DNA from: Oceanispirochaeta sp.
GTDB lineage: Bacteria; Spirochaetota; Spirochaetia; DSM-2461
Reading direction: 5' to 3'
Assembly: GCA_963663385.2 (NCBI GenBank)
Contig: CAXXXD010000004.1
Span: 608,001-672,000, forward strand
Length of the DNA stretch: 64,000 nucleotides
The notes beneath the pieces were generated by a model. It saw nothing but the letters and a program-made list of their open reading frames with translations, ran no database searches and was not told the DNA's origin. The position numbers and the translations under genes were made by a program. Shown piece by piece: positions 27,390 to 37,262 of this stretch. Position 1 is the first letter of the stretch, and every line of letters begins with the position of its first letter.

Positions 27390-28458
27390 AAGAGACTTTA
27401 ACAATATCCTGGTTACCGGCGGAGCCGGATTCATCGGAAGCAATATGATCCGCTACCTGCTTAGCGAAACGGATTTCAACGGCAGGATCATCAACCTGGA
27501 CAAACTGACCTATGCGGGTAACGCTTCCAGCCTGGAAGATGTCCAGCAGCAATACCCCGATAGGTATATCCTCCAGCAGGGGGACATCTGCGATGCCGAC
27601 CTGGTTAAAACCCTGTTCCGCCTATACGAAATCGACGCGGTCTGCCACCTGGCCGCCGAGAGTCATGTGGACCGCTCCATCGAAGGACCCGAGGCTTTTA
27701 TTAAAACCAATGTAAACGGCACTTTTACCCTGCTGGATGCGGTCCGGAAAGCCTGGGACGGGGATTTTGAAGGGAAGCTCTTTCATCATGTTTCAACCGA
27801 TGAGGTCTACGGTTCTCTGGGAGAAACCGGGTATTTCCACGAAACCACACCCTACGATCCCCGCAGCCCCTATTCCGCCAGCAAAGCCTCCTCTGATCAC
27901 CTGGTAATGGCCTACTCTCATACCTACGGCCTGCCCGTTACCATAAGCAACTGCTCCAACAATTACGGCCCCTATCAGTTCCCCGAAAAACTGATCCCCG
28001 TAATGATCGAAAACATGCTGACAGGAAAACCCCTTCCTGTATACGGGGACGGAAGAAACATCCGGGACTGGCTCTATGTGGAGGATCACAACAGCGCCGT
28101 CTGGGCCATTATGCAGAAAGGGCGCCTGGGGGAGACCTACAATATCGGCGGGGAGAACGAGTGGAAGAATATCCGGCTGGTAAATACCCTTTGCGAAACG
28201 GTTGCCGATTTTCAGGGCGAGAACATTGATTATTACAAAAGGCTGATCTCTTTTGTGAAAGACCGTCCCGGTCATGACCAGAGGTATGCCATCAACTGCG
28301 ACAAACTGAAATCCGAACTGGGCTGGAAACAGTCTCTGAATTTTGAAGAAGGCCTTAAAAGAACGGTTCGCTGGTACCTGGAAAACCGGGCGTGGATCGA
28401 AAACATCAAATCCGGCGAATACATGAAATGGATGGAGCTGAATTATGCCGAACGCTGA
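27379..28458 (+). CDS. rfbB: dTDP-glucose 4,6-dehydratase
   Basis: TGGAGFIGSN, DKLTYAGN, HLAAESHVDRSI, HVSTDEVYG, DRPGHDQRY. Confidence 0.96.
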   Translation: MPSKRDFNNILVTGGAGFIGSNMIRYLLSETDFNGRIINLDKLTYAGNASSLEDVQQQYPDRYILQQGDICDADLVKTLFRLYEIDAVCHLAAESHVDRSIEGPEAFIKTNVNGTFTLLDAVRKAWDGDFEGKLFHHVSTDEVYGSLGETGYFHETTPYDPRSPYSASKASSDHLVMAYSHTYGLPVTISNCSNNYGPYQFPEKLIPVMIENMLTGKPLPVYGDGRNIRDWLYVEDHNSAVWAIMQKGRLGETYNIGGENEWKNIRLVNTLCETVADFQGENIDYYKRLISFVKDRPGHDQRYAINCDKLKSELGWKQSLNFEEGLKRTVRWYLENRAWIENIKSGEYMKWMELNYAER

Positions 28459-29452
28459 TATGGTGACCGTTGTCATCCCCAATTACAATTATAAAAGATT
28501 CCTTAAAAAGAGGCTTAACTCTGTTTTGAATCAGACCTGCAGGCATATGGATATCCTCTTTCTGGATGATGCCTCCGATGACGGAAGCGTCCCTTATGCG
28601 AGGCGTATACTGGAAAAAAGCGATATCCCCTACAGGATTATCCAAAACAGCAGTAATTCGGGATCTGTTTTTAAACAGTGGGAACGGGGCCTGGAACTTA
28701 CCAGGAGTGAGTTTATCTGGTTTGCCGAAGCGGATGATTACTGCGCCCCCGATTTTCTCGAAAAAGTAATGGCTCCCCTGAAAGAGGACCGGGACGTTGT
28801 CCTTTCCTATAGCGACTCCGCAGTTGTTAATGAAAGGGGAAGACCGGCTGTTCCCGGTTTTTACAAGGGTATACACGGAAACGTCCAATCCGGGAAGTGG
28901 GAATCCGATTATAGACGGAACGGAATCGAGGAAATAGAGGACTCTCTCGCGGTAAAAAATACCATACCCAATGCCTCGGCTGTGGTTATGAAAGTTTCCG
29001 CCCTGAAAGAAGCCGGCGGGATAGCCTCGGATATGGTGCTGAGTGGCGACTGGCTGACCTATATCCGTCTGTTGGGAGCCGGTAAAATCGCCTATACCGC
29101 CAGGTGCCTGAATACAAACCGGATCCATCCCCAAAGGGTAACAGCCGCAGAGGATAAGGGTTCTTTATATTTTCAGGAATCAGCCGGGATAATGAAAGAA
29201 GTATTATCCCGTTACAATATTACGGATGAAACAAGACGTAAGTACCTGTGGAACCTGATGGATCAGGCTCAGAGAAGAAACAACGGGTCTGTTGGCAGTA
29301 TTATGCCTGCTCTATATCAGATTTTTTCCGAATCTGCTGTAAAAGATGAGTATGCCCACTATCTTGCTGCAGCCAGTCAGGAAAAGGAGAGCAGCCGGAA
29401 GGACTTAATAATACCGCGGATTTACCGCCGCCTGAGGTATGTCCGGGTTTGA
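28445..29452 (+). CDS. GT2 glycosyltransferase
   Basis: VVIPNYNY, DDASDD, NSGSVFKQW, AEADDY. Confidence 0.88.
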   Translation: MPNADMVTVVIPNYNYKRFLKKRLNSVLNQTCRHMDILFLDDASDDGSVPYARRILEKSDIPYRIIQNSSNSGSVFKQWERGLELTRSEFIWFAEADDYCAPDFLEKVMAPLKEDRDVVLSYSDSAVVNERGRPAVPGFYKGIHGNVQSGKWESDYRRNGIEEIEDSLAVKNTIPNASAVVMKVSALKEAGGIASDMVLSGDWLTYIRLLGAGKIAYTARCLNTNRIHPQRVTAAEDKGSLYFQESAGIMKEVLSRYNITDETRRKYLWNLMDQAQRRNNGSVGSIMPALYQIFSESAVKDEYAHYLAAASQEKESSRKDLIIPRIYRRLRYVRV

Positions 29453-30897
29453 ATGTACTGCTTCTGGGCTGGGCCGATCTGGATAAAGGAACCTCTGAAG
29501 GAGGCGGGTATAATCAGGTTGCCGGGGAACATGCCCTCTACCTGAAAAAAAAGGGCTTTAATGTTTACTACCTGCAAAGCGGAAGGCATTACAGTTATCA
29601 CTGGCTGTTTGGCTTAACCGGACGATTGGGGATTAAAAAAAAAACAAACTGGCAGGGAGTAGACTGCTACTATGTCAGGAACAGCCTGAACAGGGCCCCC
29701 TCTGTTATGAATCATCACAATCAACCCCCTCCGTTGTTTGAACGGGCACAGGACCGGGCAATCGTCAAGTGGATAAAGAGGAAAAATATCCATCAGGTTA
29801 TGATCCATTCTCTGGAGGGACAGGCTTTTTCTCTTATAGAACATATAAAACAGGAACTTTCCATAAATGTTCAGGTATTCTGCCATGATCACTACTATTT
29901 ATGTTCACGGGTTAATTTCCTTTATAGGGGACAGACACTGTGCAGTCAGCTTAGCTCTGATAAACACTGCAGCAACTGTGTACCCCAAACAGAGAACAGA
30001 AGGTATGAAATCAGCCGATATCTGGAACTATCGTCTTTTCCCTTATTAAGGAAACTGCATAAAATGATACTCCTGAAGAAGGAGAATCGGGAATCACAAA
30101 CAATCAAAAAAAGAGAAATCAAATCGATTCCTCTAAATGCCAACGAACAGCTTTTAAAACAAGTTAATCTTTTTAAAGCGGATGATTTCTTTACATTCAG
30201 AAGAAAGGCTGCCATTAAAGCTCTTTCCTGTGCTGATTACGTCTATACCCCATCAAGTTTTTTGGGCGGATTACTTAATCAAGCCCGTTTACAAAAGCAG
30301 AAAATCCATACAGTCAAAATCGGATTAGCTCATATGGATCATTTAAAAAAGATTGTGGAGAGCCGAAAGGTCTCCAATTCCGGTATACTGACTTTCTGTT
30401 TCAGGGGCTCCGATAGTCATCATAAGGGTGTTTCCGTCTTTTTGGATGCCATCACAAGGATGGATCCCGTTTTCAGGAAGAAATGCCGTTTTATTATTCG
30501 GGGTATGCAAAATCCGGAAAAATATGACTCCCTGCTGCAGAGCATCCCGGAGTTGAAAATTTATGGTCCCTATAGACCGGAAGAACTCCCCGGATTCATG
30601 AATGAATATCATATAGGCGTTCTCTCTCACATCTGGTTTGAAAATTCTCCTGTCACCATGCTGGAACACCTGGCTTCGGGGAAACCTGTTTTGGCAGCAA
30701 GGCTGGGGGGCGTTGTTGACTTTATCCGGGAAGGTGAAAACGGCTGGTTCTTCAGGCCTGGAGATTCTACGGATCTGGCTGCCAAAATGACGGAAATCGC
30801 CAATCTGAAACACATCCCCGAAGGAATCTCTTTAAGCAGGGAAATACCCCTGTCCAAAGATTTTTTCAACAGCCTGAACATAAACCAAGGAAAATAA
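29449..30897 (+). CDS. GT4 (GT-B) glycosyltransferase
   Basis: HKGV..F, WFENSPVTMLEHLASGKPV...GG..DF...NGW. Confidence 0.82.
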   Translation: MNVLLLGWADLDKGTSEGGGYNQVAGEHALYLKKKGFNVYYLQSGRHYSYHWLFGLTGRLGIKKKTNWQGVDCYYVRNSLNRAPSVMNHHNQPPPLFERAQDRAIVKWIKRKNIHQVMIHSLEGQAFSLIEHIKQELSINVQVFCHDHYYLCSRVNFLYRGQTLCSQLSSDKHCSNCVPQTENRRYEISRYLELSSFPLLRKLHKMILLKKENRESQTIKKREIKSIPLNANEQLLKQVNLFKADDFFTFRRKAAIKALSCADYVYTPSSFLGGLLNQARLQKQKIHTVKIGLAHMDHLKKIVESRKVSNSGILTFCFRGSDSHHKGVSVFLDAITRMDPVFRKKCRFIIRGMQNPEKYDSLLQSIPELKIYGPYRPEELPGFMNEYHIGVLSHIWFENSPVTMLEHLASGKPVLAARLGGVVDFIREGENGWFFRPGDSTDLAAKMTEIANLKHIPEGISLSREIPLSKDFFNSLNINQGK

Positions 30898-30898
30898 A

Positions 30899-31120
30899 AT
30901 GATCTGGATCATAGGCAACAAAGGCCTTTTGGGCAAAGAAGTGGCCCAATACCTGGCCGAACAGGAACTCCCCATTATCGGAACAGACAAAGAAGTGGAC
31001 ATCCTCTCGCCCCTGGCCCTGAAACGGCATCTCAACAAGTATAACCCAGACCGGGAGGCATCCCTGAATGATTTTATACAAACTATAAGCGCTGAACACC
31101 TGAACAGATATAAAGGATAA
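30899..31120 (+). pseudogene. Internally deleted second rfbD copy
   Basis: First 51 aa match the rfbD N-terminus and are joined in frame to an rfbD-like C-terminal helix (REASLNDFI vs WEISLNQFL). Confidence 0.8.
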
Positions 31121-31225
31121 CAGCCCCGGTCGTCCTATCCGAATGTGATTCTCACAGCCCTTTCCGGAAACAGCTTCAACACACCTTAACTATACTCTGA
31201 AAAATAAAACGAATGAGGATACTCC

Positions 31226-31900
31226 TTGAATATTGTACACCTTGAAAATGTAACAAAAACCTATCCCATGGGGGAGGTGAACGTAAAAGCCCTTCGCGGG
31301 ATTGATCTGACCATCCGGGAAGGGGACTTTGTGGCTGTGGCCGGTCCCTCCGGAGCAGGCAAAACCACCATTATGAATATGATCGGACTGATCGATCAGC
31401 CTACATCGGGAACCGTCCAAATCGCCGGGCAGGATACCGGTTCCCTGGATGACAGGGCGCTTACCGACCTCCGCAGGGAGAAGCTGGGATTTATCTTCCA
31501 GTCTTTCAACCTGCTCCCCGTACTGAATGTTTCCGAAAATATAGAGCTTCCCCTTCTGCTGGGAGATCATCCCCTTCCCGCAGCGGAACGAAAGGAGTGG
31601 GTGGATTATCTGACCGGGGAAGTGGGGCTGAGCCAGTGGAAAAATCACCGGCCCGGGGAGCTCTCGGGAGGACAGCGGCAGCGGGTCGCCATCGCCCGGG
31701 CGCTGGCCGGAAAACCCCGGATTGTCATAGCCGACGAGCCCACCGCCAATCTGGATTCCGCCACAGGGGCGTCCATTCTGAATTTGATGAAAAAGATAAA
31801 CGCCCGGCAGAAAACCACCTTTATTTTCTCCACCCATGATGAGGTTATCCGTAAAATGGCCGATCATGTGATACAGCTCCGTGACGGGCAGATTGTATGA
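31226..31900 (+). CDS. ABC transporter ATP-binding protein (LolD/MacB type)
   Basis: GPSGAGKTT, LSGGQRQRVAIARAL, ADEPTANLD. Confidence 0.92.
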   Translation: MNIVHLENVTKTYPMGEVNVKALRGIDLTIREGDFVAVAGPSGAGKTTIMNMIGLIDQPTSGTVQIAGQDTGSLDDRALTDLRREKLGFIFQSFNLLPVLNVSENIELPLLLGDHPLPAAERKEWVDYLTGEVGLSQWKNHRPGELSGGQRQRVAIARALAGKPRIVIADEPTANLDSATGASILNLMKKINARQKTTFIFSTHDEVIRKMADHVIQLRDGQIV

Positions 31901-33348
31901 TTTTCTCCCTGGCTCTGAGAAATCTGCGCCGCCATTACAGAAACTCCCTCCTCCTGATCCTTCTGTTTTCTGTTATTACAGCCCTGTTTTATACGGGAAA
32001 TGCGGTAATGGCGGAATCGAACAGGGGGATGAAAAAATCCTTTATTGATAATTTTACCTCTCACCTGGTTATAAAGGCCCCCACAGAAATGGAGGTCGGA
32101 CTCTTCGGTGCGACAACCCCCTCTATCGGGGAGTTTTATGCATTGCCCGTATTGAAAGAGAGGGATGCTCTGGAGCAGTTGGCTAAGAATCAGCCCGATA
32201 TAGAAGCCGTTACCCCCCTGATTTATGGAGCCTGTGCTCTGGATGCCGCCGGTATACGCTATAATATTCCGGTTTTCGGCGTTGAAGGGGAGGGGTATTT
32301 TGATTTTTTCCCGGGGATTCACATTGTAGAAGGCAGTAAGCTTCAGGACGGAATGCCCGGAGTAATGATTACCCGGAGCAGGTTTGAACGGATACAGCGG
32401 GACAGCGGCAGAGAATTGGAAACAGGAGAGCCTCTTCTGTTGAGTATGTATGGCAATGGGGGCTTTAAAATCCGTCAGGTTCCTCTGGCGGGGGTTTTTA
32501 CCTATGAAAACAGTAACCCCCAGCTGGATGAAATGGTCATAACGGATATGCAGACCATCCGGTCATTAAACTCCCTCTCCCTGGCAAAAGAAGAGGATCA
32601 GACGATTCTTGAAAAAGACATGGATCTGCTCGGAGGAGAGCTGGATGACCTTTTTCAGGAGGAAGACCTGTTTGAAGAAGCCTCTGAAGGAGAATCTGCC
32701 GTCCACCCCGGCGTTATTGAAGACCTGGTCGATACGGTCGATATGACGGTCTTTCAGACAGGAGGAAGCTGCCACTTCCTGTTACTGAAGCTGAGGAACG
32801 CCCGAATCATCCCCAAAGTCGAAAGCAGGCTCTCCCGGATTATTGAACATAACGGGTTTGAAGCTGAGATCATAGGATGGCGGCAGGCGGCAGGACTTTC
32901 CGCACAGTTAATATTCCTCCTGCGCATTCTGTATAACACAGGTTTTTTACTGGTAGCCCTGGCGGGGTGTATCGCCCTGGTCAACATATTGCTGATCTCC
33001 GTATTCGACCGGACCCCTGAAATCGGGACCTTGCGGGCTGTAGGCGCCCGAAAGAGTTATGTCCGGAAACTGATCCTGACAGAAAATCTGGTACTGGCCG
33101 GAATCGGGGCTGTAACCGGAATCCTGGCCGGTCAGCTGGTTCTGTTCGGGGTTAACGCCCTCTCCCTTCCGATTCGGAACGGCATGCTGCAGAACCTGCT
33201 GGGACAGAGAATCCTCTATGTGGGAATCGCTCCCCTCTGGTGGGGCATAAGTTTGATAACAACATTGATTCTGGGCTGGATCGCATCGGTCTACCCGGTT
33301 TCACGGGCTCTTCGGATTCAACCGGTAACAGCTCAGAGCAGAGGATAA
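31897..33348 (+). CDS. FtsX-like (LolC/E type) ABC permease
   Basis: N-terminal TM, large periplasmic domain, DRTPEIGTLRAVG, three C-terminal TMs. Confidence 0.85.
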   Translation: MIFSLALRNLRRHYRNSLLLILLFSVITALFYTGNAVMAESNRGMKKSFIDNFTSHLVIKAPTEMEVGLFGATTPSIGEFYALPVLKERDALEQLAKNQPDIEAVTPLIYGACALDAAGIRYNIPVFGVEGEGYFDFFPGIHIVEGSKLQDGMPGVMITRSRFERIQRDSGRELETGEPLLLSMYGNGGFKIRQVPLAGVFTYENSNPQLDEMVITDMQTIRSLNSLSLAKEEDQTILEKDMDLLGGELDDLFQEEDLFEEASEGESAVHPGVIEDLVDTVDMTVFQTGGSCHFLLLKLRNARIIPKVESRLSRIIEHNGFEAEIIGWRQAAGLSAQLIFLLRILYNTGFLLVALAGCIALVNILLISVFDRTPEIGTLRAVGARKSYVRKLILTENLVLAGIGAVTGILAGQLVLFGVNALSLPIRNGMLQNLLGQRILYVGIAPLWWGISLITTLILGWIASVYPVSRALRIQPVTAQSRG

Positions 33349-33351
33349 TCC

Positions 33352-34671
33352 ATGAAGCTGAAAAACAAAATACACCTGTCCTCTCTGTATTTCAGAAAGC
33401 ACTTCAGACGCTACCTGTTTCTTATGGCAGCCCTGAGTTTCGGTTTTGCCGTAATTACAGTTATGACCTCTCTTTCCGCCGGGATGACCGGGAGCCTTCA
33501 TGAGGCGGCCCTGAGGCATTACGGGGGAGATCTTGTACTGATCGGGTACAACTTCGAAAGAGGGAAGAAAATGCAGATCCCCCGGGCCGGTGCAGTGGAG
33601 GCCCTTCTGGACCATGCTGTAGAAAAAACGAACCTTGAAGTCCGGAAAACCCTTAAGAGAATCAATTATTTCCGGGACGGCGCCCTCTATTTCAGCGGTC
33701 ATATGGTCAGACAGAAGAATGTCCTGGGGATCGACTGGGAACAGGAGCGGGATTTTCTCAGCGCCATGCATCTGATTCAGGGGAGTGTGGACGAACTGAT
33801 TCAGAGGGACAGTATCCTTATTTCCGAAGCGGTCGCCCGGCAGCTGAATTGCCGTATGGGAGACGACCTGGTACTGAAAGCGGACACCCTGACGGGGCAG
33901 CACAATACGGGAACTTTTATTGTCCGGGGCATCTTTCGGGATACCAGCATTTTCGGGTATTACAAATGCTTTGTCGGCCTGGACCGGATGAATTCCCTTT
34001 TAAATTATGGGGAGGGGGATGTGTCTTCATTCGGTCTGGTGCTTGAAGACCGGGAAATTGAAGAAGAGGAGCTGAATCGCCTTTATACCGCTCTTTCCGG
34101 ATCACTGCCCATGGCTCCTCCCATAACTGCAAAAGAAGACCTGACCTACCAGCTTGATCATGTTTCCTGGTCCGGAATCCGTTATTTTCTGGTTCCCCTT
34201 TCTGTTTATGTTTCCCAGGTGGACGAGCTGTTATTGGCGATGGATCTGCTTTCCTATTTTCTCTATGTCATAATGGCCCTGATCATACTGGTCAGCATCA
34301 GTGTGACATACCGGGTTATCCTGCGGGAAAGAACCCGTGAGATCGGAACCATGCTGTCCATGGGGCTGCACAGGAGGGATGCGGTAGGGATTTTATGCCT
34401 GGAAGCGTTCTGGCTGTTTCTTCTCGCCCTTCTGGCGGGGGCTCTGCTTGCCGCGATCCTGATACAAATTCTGACTCTGCTCTCCTACTCCCGGATTCCC
34501 GGGTTCGAACTATTTCTCAGGAGGGGGCGTTTAGTCCCCTCCTTTTCTTTAAAAACTGCAGCAGGCAATATTTTCCTGCTGTTAGGCATAACCCTGCCGG
34601 CGGTTCTGGTCCCTTCCCTTCGGGTAAGCCGAATGGCGCTGACAAGAGCGTTGGCAGGAGATTTTTCATAA
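33352..34671 (+). CDS. FtsX-like (LolC/E type) ABC permease
   Basis: Same topology; ERTREIGTMLSMG. Confidence 0.85.
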   Translation: MKLKNKIHLSSLYFRKHFRRYLFLMAALSFGFAVITVMTSLSAGMTGSLHEAALRHYGGDLVLIGYNFERGKKMQIPRAGAVEALLDHAVEKTNLEVRKTLKRINYFRDGALYFSGHMVRQKNVLGIDWEQERDFLSAMHLIQGSVDELIQRDSILISEAVARQLNCRMGDDLVLKADTLTGQHNTGTFIVRGIFRDTSIFGYYKCFVGLDRMNSLLNYGEGDVSSFGLVLEDREIEEEELNRLYTALSGSLPMAPPITAKEDLTYQLDHVSWSGIRYFLVPLSVYVSQVDELLLAMDLLSYFLYVIMALIILVSISVTYRVILRERTREIGTMLSMGLHRRDAVGILCLEAFWLFLLALLAGALLAAILIQILTLLSYSRIPGFELFLRRGRLVPSFSLKTAAGNIFLLLGITLPAVLVPSLRVSRMALTRALAGDFS

Positions 34672-34683
34672 GGATAGTAATAC

Positions 34684-35430
34684 ATGTATTTACCAAAACA
34701 GACCCTTACCCGGGTTCTTCTTCTGCTGCTGTTTATACAGGCGGCGGGAGCGGAGGATTTTAAAACAATCCTGCAGAAAGTAGATGAATTAGCCAGCTAC
34801 AAAAACAGCGACTTTGCCGCCGAATATACCATAGTGGAGGACAAACCCGGTGAAGAAAGGAGCAAGACCGTAGCAGTCGTATTCCGCCGGGATGCCCTGG
34901 AAAAATATGTTATTGTAATAATGGAGCCGCAGATTAATAAGGGAGAAGGGTATCTGAAAGTGGAAGATGCCCTGTGGCTCTACGATCCCGAAAGCCGCCG
35001 GTTCAACTATACCAGCTCAAAGGACCGCTTTCAGAATACGAATGCCAGGAATTCGGACTTTACCCAGTCCACCCTGGCGCAGGACTACGATGTGGAATCG
35101 GGGGAACAGGTCAAACTGGGGCGGTATAACTGCTGGAAGCTGCATCTGGTTGCCAATAATGACAAAGTGACCTATCCCATTATGGATATCTGGGTGGATG
35201 AGGACTACCTGGTCAGGAAAACCGACGATTACAGCCTCTCCGGGCAGCGTCTCAGGACAACGGCCTTCCCCAGTTATCAGAAGGTGGACGGGGCGTATGT
35301 GCCCCATAAATTTGTTCTGCTTGAAATTCTGGAACAGGAAAAAACCCAGATTACCATCTCTAAAGTGTCTTTTGACAGCTTACCCGATACGACATTCTCA
35401 AAACAGTTCCTCGAAAAGGTAAACCGTTAG
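34684..35430 (+). CDS. Outer-membrane lipoprotein-sorting (LolA-like) protein
   Basis: Signal peptide; KGEGYLK..D.LWLY.P, F.NT....SDF; C-terminal F.KQFL; operon context. Confidence 0.75.
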   Translation: MYLPKQTLTRVLLLLLFIQAAGAEDFKTILQKVDELASYKNSDFAAEYTIVEDKPGEERSKTVAVVFRRDALEKYVIVIMEPQINKGEGYLKVEDALWLYDPESRRFNYTSSKDRFQNTNARNSDFTQSTLAQDYDVESGEQVKLGRYNCWKLHLVANNDKVTYPIMDIWVDEDYLVRKTDDYSLSGQRLRTTAFPSYQKVDGAYVPHKFVLLEILEQEKTQITISKVSFDSLPDTTFSKQFLEKVNR

Positions 35431-35438
35431 GAAATTTT

Positions 35439-37262
35439 ATGAAATGTAGAATATTTAATCTCATCTTCGGACTGAGCCTGATCTCAGCCGGCTGCACTAT
35501 GTTCGATTACTCCGGTGAAAGCAGTTCTATCACACTGAGAATTTCAGAGGTGGGCTGCGGGTATTATCAGGATATCCCCCTCTATCTTGAAGTGTATAAC
35601 TACGGAACCGAAACAGTCGATCTGGGGAAGGTTGTACTGCGCAGCAGTGCATCCGTTCTGGGATCGGACCTGTTATACGAGGGCGAGTTTTCTCTTCCAT
35701 CATTCGAGGTTCCCCCTGGCGCCTATATTCTGCTGAGATCGGGTATTTCCGATTCTCTGATGGATGCGGAAGAACAGGGCGTCTTCTATATTTCCGAAGG
35801 AGACTACTTTCCCTACTGGACCAATATGGGATTTGCCGAGCTGATGGCACGGGGGCAGACAGTGGATTTTGTCCGCTGGGGATCCGGCGGTATTGCCCAG
35901 CCCACTTCCGGCACATTCGAAGGAACTGCGCCCGGTACAACCTACAGCGCTTCCTATTCTTACGGGCGGAGTATTATCCGGTCGGATGTGGACAATGATA
36001 CGGATGAGGGTCTGGACTGGTCCTCCTGCACAAAACATACCCCGGGCGGTCCGAACGATATAAGGGATACCACAGATTCAGATGGGGACGGGATCCCCGA
36101 TGAGGCGGAGGTTTCCGGGGGAACCTATGCCGGGGTGGACTACTATGCCATGGGGGCCCGTACCGGACAGAAGGATATGTTTATCCATATAGCCTATATG
36201 GAGGACTGTGAACCGGTAGAAGAAGCCCTGTCCATGGTTCAGGATGTTTTCCAGAGTTATAACAGCTCCTACCGGATACACTTTGATGCGGGAACCCTTT
36301 TTGACAGTTCCCCCTTTAATACCGCCAGATACAATCTGAGCGGAACAAGCCATCAGGTTCCAGCGAGTGATACGGTCTCCCTTTCGCGGGATGCCGGGAC
36401 GGCAGACTCCTATTTGAATGATTATAAGAATCTCTGCTTTCCCGTAAGTCGCAAGCCCGTGTTCCATTTTCTGTTAATGGGAACGTCCATGGGGAATCTG
36501 GGAACCTACGGTGCGGCGGAGATTCTGGGGAACGATATGCTTGTTACCCTGGGAGATATGGAGTGGACCGATCTGGAAACGTATCCTCAGGAGAAGGCCA
36601 ATGTTCAGGCATCGGTTATCCTTCATCAGATAGGCCATAATATGGGCCTGCTCCACGGCGGGAATGATGAATGCGAATACAAACCAAACTACCTGAGTGT
36701 TATGAATCCCCTTTATGTGCTGGAAGGTCTCCCCGCCGCAAGCGGCGACACCATCGGCGACCGGTATTACTGGCAGATGTGGTCTCTGGAGAATTTCCGT
36801 GCCGATTCAAAGTGGGCGGTATTTTTTCCCACCTTCCCGGCGGACCGGAATGACCTGGATTTGAACCGGCTCGGCACCGACCCGGACGAGGGAGAGGAAT
36901 TTCTTATCGGTTTTTCCAGAGGGTATTACGACAGTCTGGATGAATCGTCCCTTGATGAATCGATGGGAATCCGGAAAAACTCGGATAAAAACCCCGTTGA
37001 CTGGGATGGTGACGGCTCGGCTGATGAAACTGCGGACGGTACGGCATTGCGGAGCAAGGCGGATATCAACTCCGACGGCAGTCTCTCGGTATTGCATGAC
37101 TACAACGACTGGGGGTATCTGAAGTGGCCCTTTGCCTCCTATTACACAAGCGAGTATATGGGTGTTTCACTCAGCGAAACAGCACCGTCTCCGGAACACT
37201 ATGGCTATCCTTTTATGCTGGATGACTCACAGGATTTTGTCGTGGAGGGGGGATCATGGTAA
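35439..37262 (+). CDS. Lipoprotein with a lamin-tail-like domain and a metzincin-like domain (HQxxH variant)
   Basis: Lipobox SAGC; ISEV..YLEVYN..VDL..TPGGPN; DSDGDGIPD; HQIGHNMGLLHGG..YKPNYLSVMN. Confidence 0.7.
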   Translation: MKCRIFNLIFGLSLISAGCTMFDYSGESSSITLRISEVGCGYYQDIPLYLEVYNYGTETVDLGKVVLRSSASVLGSDLLYEGEFSLPSFEVPPGAYILLRSGISDSLMDAEEQGVFYISEGDYFPYWTNMGFAELMARGQTVDFVRWGSGGIAQPTSGTFEGTAPGTTYSASYSYGRSIIRSDVDNDTDEGLDWSSCTKHTPGGPNDIRDTTDSDGDGIPDEAEVSGGTYAGVDYYAMGARTGQKDMFIHIAYMEDCEPVEEALSMVQDVFQSYNSSYRIHFDAGTLFDSSPFNTARYNLSGTSHQVPASDTVSLSRDAGTADSYLNDYKNLCFPVSRKPVFHFLLMGTSMGNLGTYGAAEILGNDMLVTLGDMEWTDLETYPQEKANVQASVILHQIGHNMGLLHGGNDECEYKPNYLSVMNPLYVLEGLPAASGDTIGDRYYWQMWSLENFRADSKWAVFFPTFPADRNDLDLNRLGTDPDEGEEFLIGFSRGYYDSLDESSLDESMGIRKNSDKNPVDWDGDGSADETADGTALRSKADINSDGSLSVLHDYNDWGYLKWPFASYYTSEYMGVSLSETAPSPEHYGYPFMLDDSQDFVVEGGSW

